A stretch of 64,000 nt of DNA. It comes from Merdibacter massiliensis. Lineage in GTDB: Bacteria > Bacillota_I > Bacilli_A > Erysipelotrichales > Erysipelotrichaceae. The notes below the pieces were generated by a model that searched no databases, had not been told where the DNA came from, and saw nothing but the letters and a program-made list of their open reading frames with translations. Of this stretch, positions 9,121-18,784 are shown in pieces. Position 1 is the stretch's first letter. Each line of letters begins with the position of its first letter. The stretch is taken from contig NZ_LT699727.1 of the NCBI RefSeq assembly GCF_900155395.1, positions 274,173-338,172 on the forward strand, given 5' to 3'. The translations under genes were made by a program, and so were the position numbers.

Positions 9121-9150
9121 TTGACATTATCGCCAGTTATTGATAATATA
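9121..9150 (+). promoter_or_regulatory. Sigma-A promoter for tRNA-Lys (TTGACA-17-TAATAT)
   Basis: Read directly upstream of tRNA. Confidence 0.55.
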
Positions 9151-9166
9151 TATGAGCAATCAGCAT

Positions 9167-9242
9167 GGACCCTTAGCTCAGTTGGCAGAGCAACTGACTC
9201 TTAATCAGTGGGTCTAGGGTTCGAATCCCTAAGGGTCCACCA
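9167..9242 (+). tRNA. tRNA-Lys (anticodon CTT)
   Basis: Cloverleaf foldable by eye; anticodon loop CTCTTAA; encoded CCA end. Confidence 0.9.
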
Positions 9243-9243
9243 T

Positions 9244-9278
9244 TGAGAACAGAAACCTGAGAAATCAGGTTTTTTTTA
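9244..9278 (+). terminator. Rho-independent terminator
   Basis: AACCTGAgaaaTCAGGTT followed by T8. Confidence 0.7.
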
Positions 9279-9367
9279 TTATATTCTTTGAAATCTGAAG
9301 AATATATATAATTGTTAAAAAAATATCATTTCTTAGTGAATCAATGAAAAGATCATTAAATGACATT

Positions 9368-9829
9368 TTACTGTTCCGTAAGTGTAAGATCATAAATGAT
9401 GATGCTTATTGAATCGAAATCTTGATCTTGTATTGCCTGATAATCAACCGAATCCTCTTGATATGAAATCCACTCATCGATATAATGTCGATTGATCGAT
9501 GCAATCTGGATCTCATAAGGCCTTTTTTTTAAAACAACGGTTTCCCAGACAGTTGCAGAATAATTTTCTGCTTTAAAGCCGTTTTTTTCCATATCATGAA
9601 TATAGTCATCGAGAACAGCAGATGTATCTTCCGGAAAGCAGACGATAAAACGATCTTTCTCTTTTGATACATATCGGCAGTCCTCTTTAGAAACCTCTAA
9701 ATAATCAAGAACATCAATTACTCCAGGATAATCAGCAAAATAGGTCAAATCTGAATCAAGCGTTGTTCTTACGGCACACGCGTTTAAGAAGAGCAGTGAA
9801 CATAAAGCAGTATACAGTATTCTTTTCAT
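9368..9829 (-). CDS. Hypothetical lipoprotein
   Basis: Signal peptide with lipobox LFLNAC. Confidence 0.6.
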   Translation of the reverse strand: MKRILYTALCSLLFLNACAVRTTLDSDLTYFADYPGVIDVLDYLEVSKEDCRYVSKEKDRFIVCFPEDTSAVLDDYIHDMEKNGFKAENYSATVWETVVLKKRPYEIQIASINRHYIDEWISYQEDSVDYQAIQDQDFDSISIIIYDLTLTEQ

Positions 9830-9999
9830 AAAAACATTTCTCCTTAAGATATTACAGATATCAAATCAATCAATCGACCCTTGAACTATGCAGCACAAAT
9901 GCTACAGGCATCATCAATATCTTTGTTTTAGTTGTCTAAAAAGCATAAACAGCGATACTACAAGGAAGGTCTGCATCATTGCACGATCCCGGCATTAGT

Positions 10000-10035
10000 G
10001 ATCCATATAAGCTTATCGATATGCTTATATGGATC
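10000..10035. repeat. Perfect 13-bp inverted repeat GATCCATATAAGC-N10-GCTTATATGGATC
   Basis: Read directly; lies in about 830-bp gene-poor interval 9830-10664. Confidence 0.5.
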
Positions 10036-10550
10036 AACAGACATATCCAAGCACTCAAAGAAATAAAATGCTCGTCTAAAACAAAATGGTTTCATAAGCT
10101 TCTTGGTCAAGTTCTGCACAGAGACAAAAATGAAGGATAAAGTAATTGTTTGTTGCGCCCTTGCAATAAACAATGTATCATTTTGCGATAAAAGGCGTTT
10201 ACTCAATCAAGCCGGAAACAGATATAGTTTTTGGCAGTACAGATGTGGCTGTTTTGCTGCTGATATTTGAGTGCTGCACCTTCTTCACTGTCAAACAACT
10301 AATGCAGGATATTTCATTGCGACATGAAACTTATTACGGCCATCTTTTTGTTTTGTCTCTGCAATTGATTTGCCATCTGATTCTCTTCACTATATATGCC
10401 GACAATCAGTTTAAAAAGTTGCATAAATATTATTTTTTGCCTTTTTCGATACGTACGTGATACAAGACATATCGACCCATGACAACATTTGATGAAAATA
10501 ATCATTCGTTGCATTCTTAATCGTAATGCAATCGATTTTGATATTGAAAA

Positions 10551-10580
10551 CAAAATCCGAATTATCGGATTTTTTTATTA
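10551..10580 (+). terminator. Terminator-like hairpin AATCCGAattaTCGGATT plus T7
   Basis: Read directly; no convincing upstream plus-strand gene. Confidence 0.35.
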
Positions 10581-10664
10581 TATCTGATTTATAACTGAAA
10601 AAAGGACATATTCTGCATAGAAGAATACGCCCTGATGTAAATAAATATATCTTTTCGATTGTTT

Positions 10665-11843
10665 CTATAGATCCAGCTGCACCTTTCTTTCAAAAAGGAA
10701 GTTCAATTGTTCCTGCAGCCATTCTTTCGTGAAATTATTTGCATACTGTCTTTGACAATGCTCTTGTGCTAATTTTTCTGTATATTCAGAAAACGGGATC
10801 AATTGAAAATGCGAATAATTAACATCAAAATGATTGATATAAGGAGTAAGATGAACCTGTTCTATTCGTATCTTGCCACTCTCTCCATCTTTAACTACAT
10901 TTAAATGAACGATTGCTCCCATTTCATACAAGTTTGCAAAATCCACACTTGCCCGATCCACCATCGCTGCCGCAGAAACAAGATTTCCTAATGAGTAGAA
11001 AACCATCGTTTCTTTTCCTTCCTGATTCACCAGGCGCTGCATTGTCTGTAAACAATGCGGATGATTACCAATGATCAAATCGACTCCTAAATCATTCAAA
11101 TAGGCGGCCGCTTGCTTCTGGGCTTCATTCAGTTCAAAAGTAAATTCCCTTCCCCAATGCATGGAAACAACGATCGCATCTGTTTGAGAACGTGCTTTTT
11201 CCACATCTTCTTTCAACATTTGCTGATGTTCTTTGTCAAATTGTCCTGCATCATTTAAAAAAGTTTTTGTCACAAATGCATATTTTTGTTCAATAGGAAT
11301 ATTGGTATCATATGTATAAGCGAGAAAAGCAATACGAATACCGTTTTTTTCAATAACAGTAACATCCTCTGCACTTTTCTCATCCGGATAGAGTCCCACA
11401 GCCGTTATTCCGCTATTTTCCAAATTTTCCAATGTCTGGTATACACCTTCATAACCTCTGTCATATACATGATTATTTGACATGGTCAGCACATCAAATC
11501 CAACATCGGCTAATTGCGGCGCAATCCAGTCAGGTGCATTAAAAGAGTAAGCTACTCCACTAATTCCTAAATCTTCTCCAGCAATCGGAACTTCTTGATT
11601 TCCAACAACGATGTCGCCTTGCAAATACGGCTTGATACGATCAAAATAATCACCGAATTGGTCATTCTCCCAAGAATCATATAAACTTTGTTCAAATAAC
11701 AGATCCCCGGTAAATGTAAGTGAAACCTTTTGGTCTTGTTTGATCTCTGGTTCTTTTTTTTCATCCGTATGTTGCATTTGACATCCTGACAATACCAAAA
11801 TACCGCTCAGGATCGTTAAAGCAATTTTACACTTTTTCATCAT
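10665..11843 (-). CDS. CapA/PgsA-family metallophosphatase lipoprotein (poly-gamma-glutamate synthesis-like)
   Basis: Lipobox LSGC; GNHPH metallophosphatase motif; overall CapA architecture. Confidence 0.75.
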   Translation of the reverse strand: MMKKCKIALTILSGILVLSGCQMQHTDEKKEPEIKQDQKVSLTFTGDLLFEQSLYDSWENDQFGDYFDRIKPYLQGDIVVGNQEVPIAGEDLGISGVAYSFNAPDWIAPQLADVGFDVLTMSNNHVYDRGYEGVYQTLENLENSGITAVGLYPDEKSAEDVTVIEKNGIRIAFLAYTYDTNIPIEQKYAFVTKTFLNDAGQFDKEHQQMLKEDVEKARSQTDAIVVSMHWGREFTFELNEAQKQAAAYLNDLGVDLIIGNHPHCLQTMQRLVNQEGKETMVFYSLGNLVSAAAMVDRASVDFANLYEMGAIVHLNVVKDGESGKIRIEQVHLTPYINHFDVNYSHFQLIPFSEYTEKLAQEHCQRQYANNFTKEWLQEQLNFLFERKVQLDL

Positions 11844-11862
11844 TTTCCTCTTATGTCCCTTT

Positions 11863-12345
11863 TTATTTCAACAATGTATGCAATGCCGTGATCCACTTTT
11901 CAAAAAGAAGCGGTTCACGGATCGTACGATTTGCATTACTGGTACTTGGCAGATAGATCTCTCGTAAAGGCAGATCAGAAAAGTAGCGTTGGTACAGTGC
12001 TTCACTCTTCTTCCCATTGCAAATAACGGTATGCAGAGAAGGATACTGCTTTACAATTTGATCAATAGGATTGACAACTTCATTATGTATCTTTGCATCT
12101 AATGAACCTTCTCTTTCACAACTATGGATCACATCCCACAGAAGCAGATGATTTTGTAAGATGATTTCTTTTTTCTTCTCATAGGTATCGATTGGCATGG
12201 AAAAACAGGCTGATAGGATCTTCCAAAAACGATTATGCCGATATCCATAATACTGCTGCAATTCTAAAGAGGTCACACTGGGCATAGAGCCTAAGATCAT
12301 GACCTTTGGTTCTGGAGCAATGATCGGATCAAAACCAACTAACAC
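11863..12345 (-). CDS. DNA-deoxyinosine glycosylase (UDG-superfamily hypoxanthine-DNA glycosylase)
   Basis: MLVGFDPI...ILGSMPS...YYGYRHNRFW matches TIGR04274-type signature. Confidence 0.7.
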   Translation of the reverse strand: MLVGFDPIIAPEPKVMILGSMPSVTSLELQQYYGYRHNRFWKILSACFSMPIDTYEKKKEIILQNHLLLWDVIHSCEREGSLDAKIHNEVVNPIDQIVKQYPSLHTVICNGKKSEALYQRYFSDLPLREIYLPSTSNANRTIREPLLFEKWITALHTLLK

Positions 12346-13640
12346 ACTTCGACTCCGATCACATCATAAGGCAAGACTTCCGTGATCTTTACTTTTACAA
12401 ATGAACCAAGTGTAATTTCACGATCACTGCGGAAGATGACCATTCCATCCACATCATCTGGAGCATCCCACGCACTGCGGCCACGATAACGGTTTGTTAA
12501 TCCATCTTTATCTTCTACTAATACTTCGATCACTCTGCCTATTTTCTTCTGCTGGTTTTCTAAAGCAATCTTTTCCTGCAGCTGCATCAATTCATCCAAA
12601 TACTGTTTTTTTAATGATTCCTCACACACAGGTTTCATGCTGTAGCCAGGCGTATCTTCTTCCGGCGAATATGTAAAGGCACCCATACGATCCCAATGCA
12701 CATCTTTTACAAACTGTAACAATTCATCCATGGTTTCCCTTGTTTCTCCTGGAAAACCTACGATGAAAGTCGTACGTAATGTTGGAGAATCAAATACTGT
12801 ACGGATCTTTTGTACCAGTGCTAACACATCTTCTTTGGTTCCCCTGCGATTCATTTTTGCTAACATTGCATTATTTGCATGCTGCATCGGTATATCAAAA
12901 TATGGTAATACTTTTGGCAGCTTTGCCATGCCTTCGATCAATTCATCATCAATCTCATCTGGATACATATATAAGATACGGATCCAATGAAAACCATCTA
13001 TTTCGTGTAATCGCTGCAAAAGAGGCAGCAGGCTGCGCTGTCCATAAAGATCGACCCCGTATTTCGTCGTATCTTGCGCATTGAGCACTAATTCTTTGAC
13101 ACCCCTTTTTGCCAATTCTTTTGCTTCTTCGATCAACTGTTCCATTGGAACGGACACATTATCCCCGCGAATAAGCGGAATTGCACAATACGTGCAATGA
13201 TTGGAGCACCCTTCAGCAATCTTCAAATAAGCCGTCCATGGTTTGCTGGTCAATAAACGCTGTGCATTTGCAAAAGTCACTTTTCCTTCATCTTGCAGTT
13301 CTTTTGCAAGTATCTCATGCAATGTATCATAATCCTGAATGCGGATGACTGCATCAATTTCCGGAATTTCTTTTTCTAATTGTTCTTTATAACGCTGTGC
13401 CAAACATCCCACAACGATTAATTTTTTTAAATTTTCTTTCTTATAAGCCGCCATTTCAAAAATAGTCGAGATTGCTTCCTCTTTTGCACTAGTAATGAAA
13501 CCGCAAGTATTGATGATAATGGCCTCCGCTTGTGATGGCTGAGCAACAAGCGTATGTCCATTGGCTTGTAGCATTCCCATCATTTTTTCACTATCTACTA
13601 AATTTTTGCTGCATCCCAGCGAAATAAATCCAACTTTCAT
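12339..13640 (-). CDS. rimO: Ribosomal protein S12 methylthiotransferase RimO (radical SAM MTTase with TRAM domain)
   Basis: N-terminal MKVGFISLGCSKNLVDSE; radical-SAM CSNHCTYCAIP; C-terminal TRAM; length about 433. Confidence 0.85.
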   Translation of the reverse strand: MKVGFISLGCSKNLVDSEKMMGMLQANGHTLVAQPSQAEAIIINTCGFITSAKEEAISTIFEMAAYKKENLKKLIVVGCLAQRYKEQLEKEIPEIDAVIRIQDYDTLHEILAKELQDEGKVTFANAQRLLTSKPWTAYLKIAEGCSNHCTYCAIPLIRGDNVSVPMEQLIEEAKELAKRGVKELVLNAQDTTKYGVDLYGQRSLLPLLQRLHEIDGFHWIRILYMYPDEIDDELIEGMAKLPKVLPYFDIPMQHANNAMLAKMNRRGTKEDVLALVQKIRTVFDSPTLRTTFIVGFPGETRETMDELLQFVKDVHWDRMGAFTYSPEEDTPGYSMKPVCEESLKKQYLDELMQLQEKIALENQQKKIGRVIEVLVEDKDGLTNRYRGRSAWDAPDDVDGMVIFRSDREITLGSFVKVKITEVLPYDVIGVEVC

Positions 13641-13747
13641 TTCTAATCACCGTAATCATTTTATCATGAAGCTTCTGAATCATAAAGAAAAACAACTGCT
13701 CCTTTTCAATATAAAAGAAAGGATGGGCTGCCATCCTTTCCATACAA

Positions 13748-14287
13748 TTAATAATTCTTTGCTTCCTGCGCAAAATGTGCTCCGTCATATCCGCAAACCG
13801 GGCAAGCTTTAGGAGCTTTTTCTGCTTCTACGCAATATCCGCAGATATCACATACCCAAACTGTCTTTTCTGGTTTTTCAAACACTGTATTATTTTTTAC
13901 ATTATCTAATAATTTTAAATAACGCTCTTCATGACGTTTTTCAATTTCTCCGACTTTTTCCATTTGGAATGCAATCTTCAGGAAACCTTCTTCACGGGCA
14001 GTTTCAGCCATATGTTTGTACATATCCGTCCACTCATAGTTCTCTCCGGCTGCCGCATCTTCTAAGTTTGCATCTGTTGATGGAATAGAATCTTCATGTA
14101 ACGCCTTAAACCATAATTTTGCATGTTCTTGTTCATTACGAGCAGTTTCTTCAAAGAAGCGAGCAATTTGTTCCATTCCTTCTTCACGTGCTTTCTGCGC
14201 ATAATATGTATACTTATTACGCGCCTGACTTTCTCCAGCAAATGCAGCCATTAAATTTTGTTCTGTCTTTGATCCTTTTAATTCCAT
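13748..14287 (-). CDS. rbr: Rubrerythrin
   Basis: Ferritin-like diiron domain ([25 protein letters not shown]) plus C-terminal rubredoxin CxxC...CPVCG; start at MELKG with RBS AGGAG. Confidence 0.9.
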   Translation of the reverse strand: MELKGSKTEQNLMAAFAGESQARNKYTYYAQKAREEGMEQIARFFEETARNEQEHAKLWFKALHEDSIPSTDANLEDAAAGENYEWTDMYKHMAETAREEGFLKIAFQMEKVGEIEKRHEERYLKLLDNVKNNTVFEKPEKTVWVCDICGYCVEAEKAPKACPVCGYDGAHFAQEAKNY

Positions 14288-14706
14288 TGTTTTGTCTCCT
14301 TCTGAACATCCTGTTCTTTTAAACAATGCGGGCAGACTCCCTCGACAACGATCGTATGAGAATATACGACGGCACCTGTTTGCTGTGCAATTGCTTCATT
14401 GAAACGAGCATCATAAGGCAATTGTATATCATAAAGCTTATGACATTTTACACAGTGCAGATGATGATGAGGAACGATCGTTTTATCATAACAGTATCCT
14501 TCTTGCGGATGGGCAATACGCCGAATCTGATGCAATTCCTCCAGTATTCCCAAATTGCGATAAATCGTTGCTAATGAAATCTGTTCACCTTGTTCATTCA
14601 TATTCTTGTAGATTTCTTCAGCTGTCAAATGACCATCTACTGACATTAGATAATCAAGAATCATATCTCTTTGTTTTGATGCTTTTCTTCTCATAACAGC
14701 CTCCAA
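14278..14706 (-). CDS. perR: Fur-family metalloregulator, PerR-like (peroxide-responsive repressor)
   Basis: Fur fold with HHHLHC and two CxxC pairs; immediately upstream of rubrerythrin. Confidence 0.6.
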   Translation of the reverse strand: MEAVMRRKASKQRDMILDYLMSVDGHLTAEEIYKNMNEQGEQISLATIYRNLGILEELHQIRRIAHPQEGYCYDKTIVPHHHLHCVKCHKLYDIQLPYDARFNEAIAQQTGAVVYSHTIVVEGVCPHCLKEQDVQKETKQWN

Positions 14707-14709
14707 TCT

Positions 14710-14724
14710 TAAGAACTATTCTTA
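14710..14724. promoter_or_regulatory. Candidate PerR/Fur operator TAAGAA-cta-TTCTTA overlapping -10 (TTGACA-17-TAAACT) of perR-rbr promoter
   Basis: 6-3-6 inverted repeat read directly between -10 and RBS. Confidence 0.4.
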
Positions 14725-14792
14725 GTTTAATTCTTATTTATGAATTTGTCAAGCATAAAACTGTATTTTAAAAAAATCGGCCATGCAGCCGA

Positions 14793-15740
14793 TTATTTTT
14801 TTATTTTTGATTTGTAGAAGCTCCTATTCTCCAATGCAAAGATCCTAGGTGTAAACGCTCCTTCTTCTGTAGCTTTTATCGCTTTTTCCATCGTATTCAT
14901 ACGTGCATCCAGGTTATCGATCAAGCTGAGCACTTCTGCTTCCGGAATCATCGGAAGCACTGGAGAACCAAATTCATATGCCCCATGATGAGAAAGGATC
15001 ATATGTCGCAATAAGGTCACTTCCTCGCTGTCTTCTAGATGCAGATCCGCTGCTATTTTAGCAACCTCAGCCTGAAACATGGAGATATGTCCTAACAATC
15101 GTCCCTGCGTCGTATAGCTAGGCACGATAGGACCGCTCAGTTCCTGCAGTTTGCCCAGATCATGCAGAAATACACCGCTAATTAAAAGATCCCGATTTAG
15201 TAAAGCGTATTGATCACAGATCTTTTCAGCTAATTGCATCATGCCTAATACATGGGTTGCTAATCCTCCCACAAAATCATGATGATTTTTTGTGGCTGCA
15301 GGATATTCATAAAATGCATTTTGATAACGCTCATAGATGGTCCAAATCAATGACTGCAATGTCGTATTAGTCATTTTCTGCAGTCGCTCTTCAATTTCTG
15401 TTCGTAGCTCTTGTACTGCTAATGGACCTTCCTGTGCAAAATCGCGGGCATCCACATTTTCATCAACAATTGTCAACTGTTTAATGCGAAACTGCAATTG
15501 ATGATTATGACTCAACACATCTCCGCTTGCATCTACGATCATACCAGCCTGATAGAGGTCCAATGCATCTGCCGGCACATTCCAATATTTTGCATCCATC
15601 GTTCCGCTTTTGTCTTGCAGCACAAAAGAAAGATAGGGAGCACCTTTTGCCGTCACGCCGCGATTGCGGCTGCTTAATAGGACACGCAACGTTGCTCGAT
15701 CTCCATCTACTAATTCACGTAACAATTTATTCATCGTCAT
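14793..15740 (-). CDS. yhaM: 3'-5' exoribonuclease YhaM (OB-fold plus HD domain); start at MTMNKLL
   Basis: N-terminal OB fold then HD domain (HHDFVGGLATHVL...LHDLGK). Confidence 0.75.
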   Translation of the reverse strand: MTMNKLLRELVDGDRATLRVLLSSRNRGVTAKGAPYLSFVLQDKSGTMDAKYWNVPADALDLYQAGMIVDASGDVLSHNHQLQFRIKQLTIVDENVDARDFAQEGPLAVQELRTEIEERLQKMTNTTLQSLIWTIYERYQNAFYEYPAATKNHHDFVGGLATHVLGMMQLAEKICDQYALLNRDLLISGVFLHDLGKLQELSGPIVPSYTTQGRLLGHISMFQAEVAKIAADLHLEDSEEVTLLRHMILSHHGAYEFGSPVLPMIPEAEVLSLIDNLDARMNTMEKAIKATEEGAFTPRIFALENRSFYKSKIKK

Positions 15741-17709
15741 TCCACTCCTGTTCTTGCAACTTCTTTCGGATAGCATCCAGACCAAATCCTTTACGTACAC
15801 CATATTCCATGATTTTCTGTTGCAAACGGCCCCCGCTATATTTAGAAGCATATAATCGCATTGCTTTTGCAATCATTTTTTCTAAAGCGCCATTCTCTTC
15901 TTCTTCATCCAGATCAATCTGATCTACAGCCTTTCTTGCAATTTCACCACTGTAGCCTTGTGCAATCAGTTTTGATACGATCATTTGACGTTTCATCTTT
16001 CGCGAACGATCCTTGATCGTCAATTTAAGGCGCTGTGCCATAGCGACAGCTCGCTCTTCTTCTTGCTCGTCTTTAAAATCAGCAACTGCAGATAAGGCTG
16101 TTTCTCGATCGATTCCCTTTTTTTGAAGTGTTCGCAGAATTTTTTCACGCCCATATCCTAGAGACGCATAATACTGTGCTTTCTCTTCAGCATATCGTTC
16201 ATCATTTAAAAACCCACGTTCTTTTAGATCTTCGATGATCGCATCCGCCGTTTGTGTATCCAGCTCTTTATTATGGACCAAATACTTGCGCATTTCCTGA
16301 CAGGTATAATCTTTGCCCGCCACTTTTCGAATTGCGCTCCGTGTTGCCTTGATCTTCTTCTGCTGTTCCTGCAAAGAGAGGACATAACCTGCATCCAGAT
16401 AACGATGCAAAGTGATCTGATAATTGAAATAGTCCTCCATCGTCATGTAAAGGCGCAGGGGTTCCCTTTGGGAATCATTTTCCAAAGTAACTTTTACGAC
16501 ATCGTCCAAGATACGGATCTTGGTCACTTCATAATCTTCTCGATATTCATCGATCACATTTTGGTAAACGACCTCTACATTATGGGCAAAAGCATGGATA
16601 TCATACTGTTTGCTGCGGCGGATAGCTTCTTCCCTCATTGCTGTTTTCTGTGCTTCAGCAAGGGAAAAATAAAAATCTGCTTTCTTTGCAAATTCTTCTG
16701 GAGAAGTAAAGTAATAACCGGAAACCCCTTCTTCAATCAGTTTTTCCAAAACTTCATCCGGTCTGGCTAATAAAGGAAGACCGCTGGCTAATGCCTCGAT
16801 AAACGTCATTCCCTGTGTTTCCGATGTAGATGCGCTGGCAAATAACTGACTGATCTGATAATAAGCAGGAACTTCGGTTGCTGCAACAGGGCCAGTAAAT
16901 ATGATGCGATCGGCTACTCCTTCCGCTTCTGCTTGTTTCTTCAGATCTTCTAATGAAGGGCCTCCACCGACAATCATGACCTTTGCATGCGGTGTTTGCA
17001 AATATTTTGCTCCGCTAATGATCAAATCAATACTTTTCTCTGCCGCAATGCGGCCCAAATAAATGATCAAAGGTGTTTGTGCATCGATGCCATAGCGCTT
17101 ACGAATCTCTTCCCTTTTGCTTTCCTCCACATTCGCATAGTCAAAACTGTCCAGATCTAATCCGGTCGGAATGACGTAAATCGGCTTCTGCACGCCGTAA
17201 GTTAATAATTTTTCTTTTGTTTTCTCGCTGGGCGCGATGATTCCCGATACCGAATTACACAACATGCGTGATAAAGAATAGATAGCTTTCTTACTGATTT
17301 TTTCTACGCTGTTCAGATCGAACACATTCACATAATGAGTATAGTCTTCATACAATGTATGATAGGTATACACTACCGGGATATGCAGCGTATGTGCCAG
17401 GATCCTGCCAAAAATACCTACCGTAAATTCTTGCTGCACATGAATGACATCCAGGTGCAGGGCTTCTATCTCACGCTTTACTTCAAAATGATACGGCGTA
17501 CTTAAAGTATATCCATATAATTTTTTCAGCTCCACACCCGGCAAGCGCAAAACATTCCCCTCCCAATGTGCATGTAGTGAGTTTTTCTGGCCTGTTATGA
17601 TATATACTTCATGACCTGCTGCCTGCAAACCATGTTCTAAAGTCACGACTGAGGAAACGACGCCATTGATATCAGGTGTATATGTATCCGTAAAAATACC
17701 GATCCTCAT
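15727..17709 (-). CDS. Fusion protein: N-terminal GT4 glycosyltransferase (alpha-monoglucosyl-diacylglycerol synthase-like, about 395 aa) plus C-terminal full RecX-like domain (about 260 aa)
   Basis: MRIGIFTDTYTPDINGV GT4 start and EX7E-region; C-terminus ...YLVHNKELDTQTADAIIEDLKERGFLNDERYAEEKAQYYASLGYGREKILRTLQKKGI matches RecX three-helix repeats. Confidence 0.8.
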   Translation of the reverse strand: MRIGIFTDTYTPDINGVVSSVVTLEHGLQAAGHEVYIITGQKNSLHAHWEGNVLRLPGVELKKLYGYTLSTPYHFEVKREIEALHLDVIHVQQEFTVGIFGRILAHTLHIPVVYTYHTLYEDYTHYVNVFDLNSVEKISKKAIYSLSRMLCNSVSGIIAPSEKTKEKLLTYGVQKPIYVIPTGLDLDSFDYANVEESKREEIRKRYGIDAQTPLIIYLGRIAAEKSIDLIISGAKYLQTPHAKVMIVGGGPSLEDLKKQAEAEGVADRIIFTGPVAATEVPAYYQISQLFASASTSETQGMTFIEALASGLPLLARPDEVLEKLIEEGVSGYYFTSPEEFAKKADFYFSLAEAQKTAMREEAIRRSKQYDIHAFAHNVEVVYQNVIDEYREDYEVTKIRILDDVVKVTLENDSQREPLRLYMTMEDYFNYQITLHRYLDAGYVLSLQEQQKKIKATRSAIRKVAGKDYTCQEMRKYLVHNKELDTQTADAIIEDLKERGFLNDERYAEEKAQYYASLGYGREKILRTLQKKGIDRETALSAVADFKDEQEEERAVAMAQRLKLTIKDRSRKMKRQMIVSKLIAQGYSGEIARKAVDQIDLDEEEENGALEKMIAKAMRLYASKYSGGRLQQKIMEYGVRKGFGLDAIRKKLQEQEWNDDE

Positions 17710-18761
17710 AGGATATCCTCCTTTGGTAAAATATCTTCTTTTGCTTGTTTTTTATCATAATACCGTTTGCTGATAATGAATACAACAGCACCAAAAATCA
17801 TGACCAGATGATAAGTAGAAAAGCGCCACAAGATCATGATGGCTCCGGTACTGGATGAAAACAGTGTCCCAAACAATAAAGCAAATACCATCTCTGTGCC
17901 GCCGCTGGCACCAGGAATGGGAATAAAACTATTTGCCATCATGACAAAGCTCGACAAAGCAATTACATCGATCAATTGTGCGATTTCCAAATGAATTCCC
18001 ATCATCAATGCAATGAAAAATGGCAATGAGAACTGCAATGTCATTCGTATCACGTTGATTCCCGCTGTCTCCAGTATCAATTTTTTATCTTTAGTCAATT
18101 TTTTGATTTCGGTTGTAAAACTGGTTAACTGCAAGTTCCAGCTGGCCAATGTTTCCTTTCGGTTTTTTACGATATGCAGATGTGCCAGTAAATTTACGAC
18201 AAAACCGCTTAACCGTACATATACTTTTGGAAACAATGCCATTGTATATAATGCACAGATAACGATCGCATTGATCAGATAACCTAATAAGATCAGATTA
18301 AACCATGCATTTTGCGCGCTATATTGCGTAAAACGTAACAAAAACAAAATGGTGACATAAATCATCATCGTCGTCTGGTAAACGATAAAATCAGCCCATA
18401 AGATCGATGCTCCGTCGCTTACCTTGATGCCCTGTTTTTTCATGATATATGCCTGTGCGAATTGTCCTCCGGTTGCACTGGGTGTGATACCCGAAAAAAA
18501 TGTACCTACAAAAGCGACGACAGCACCATGGATAAAGCGATATCCTTTCCGATATCGTTTGCCAAATACTTGGTAGATCCAGCCAATTACCAGAGTATAG
18601 ATGATGCCCCATACCATGATGATCAGCAAGTAATACCATTTGATATTTGCAATCAAATGCAAAACTTCCTCATAATTATCTTTTACGGCAAACCATACCG
18701 CACCGACGGTGATCACAAGGATCAAAAGCAAATTTAATGCATATTTTTTTCCTTGCTTCAT
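17706..18761 (-). CDS. UPF0104 / lysylphosphatidylglycerol-synthase-TM-like flippase-like membrane protein
   Basis: 8 TM helices; commonly adjacent to glycolipid GT4 genes. Confidence 0.75.
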   Translation of the reverse strand: MKQGKKYALNLLLILVITVGAVWFAVKDNYEEVLHLIANIKWYYLLIIMVWGIIYTLVIGWIYQVFGKRYRKGYRFIHGAVVAFVGTFFSGITPSATGGQFAQAYIMKKQGIKVSDGASILWADFIVYQTTMMIYVTILFLLRFTQYSAQNAWFNLILLGYLINAIVICALYTMALFPKVYVRLSGFVVNLLAHLHIVKNRKETLASWNLQLTSFTTEIKKLTKDKKLILETAGINVIRMTLQFSLPFFIALMMGIHLEIAQLIDVIALSSFVMMANSFIPIPGASGGTEMVFALLFGTLFSSSTGAIMILWRFSTYHLVMIFGAVVFIISKRYYDKKQAKEDILPKEDIL

Positions 18762-18784
18762 AGCATCACCTGCTCCCTCTTTGT

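Noticed and set aside
9976-10553. ORFs 9976-10206(-), 10173-10460(+), 10314-10553(-)
   Set aside because: Mutually overlapping, with no RBS and no motifs. Treated as a non-coding or decayed region.
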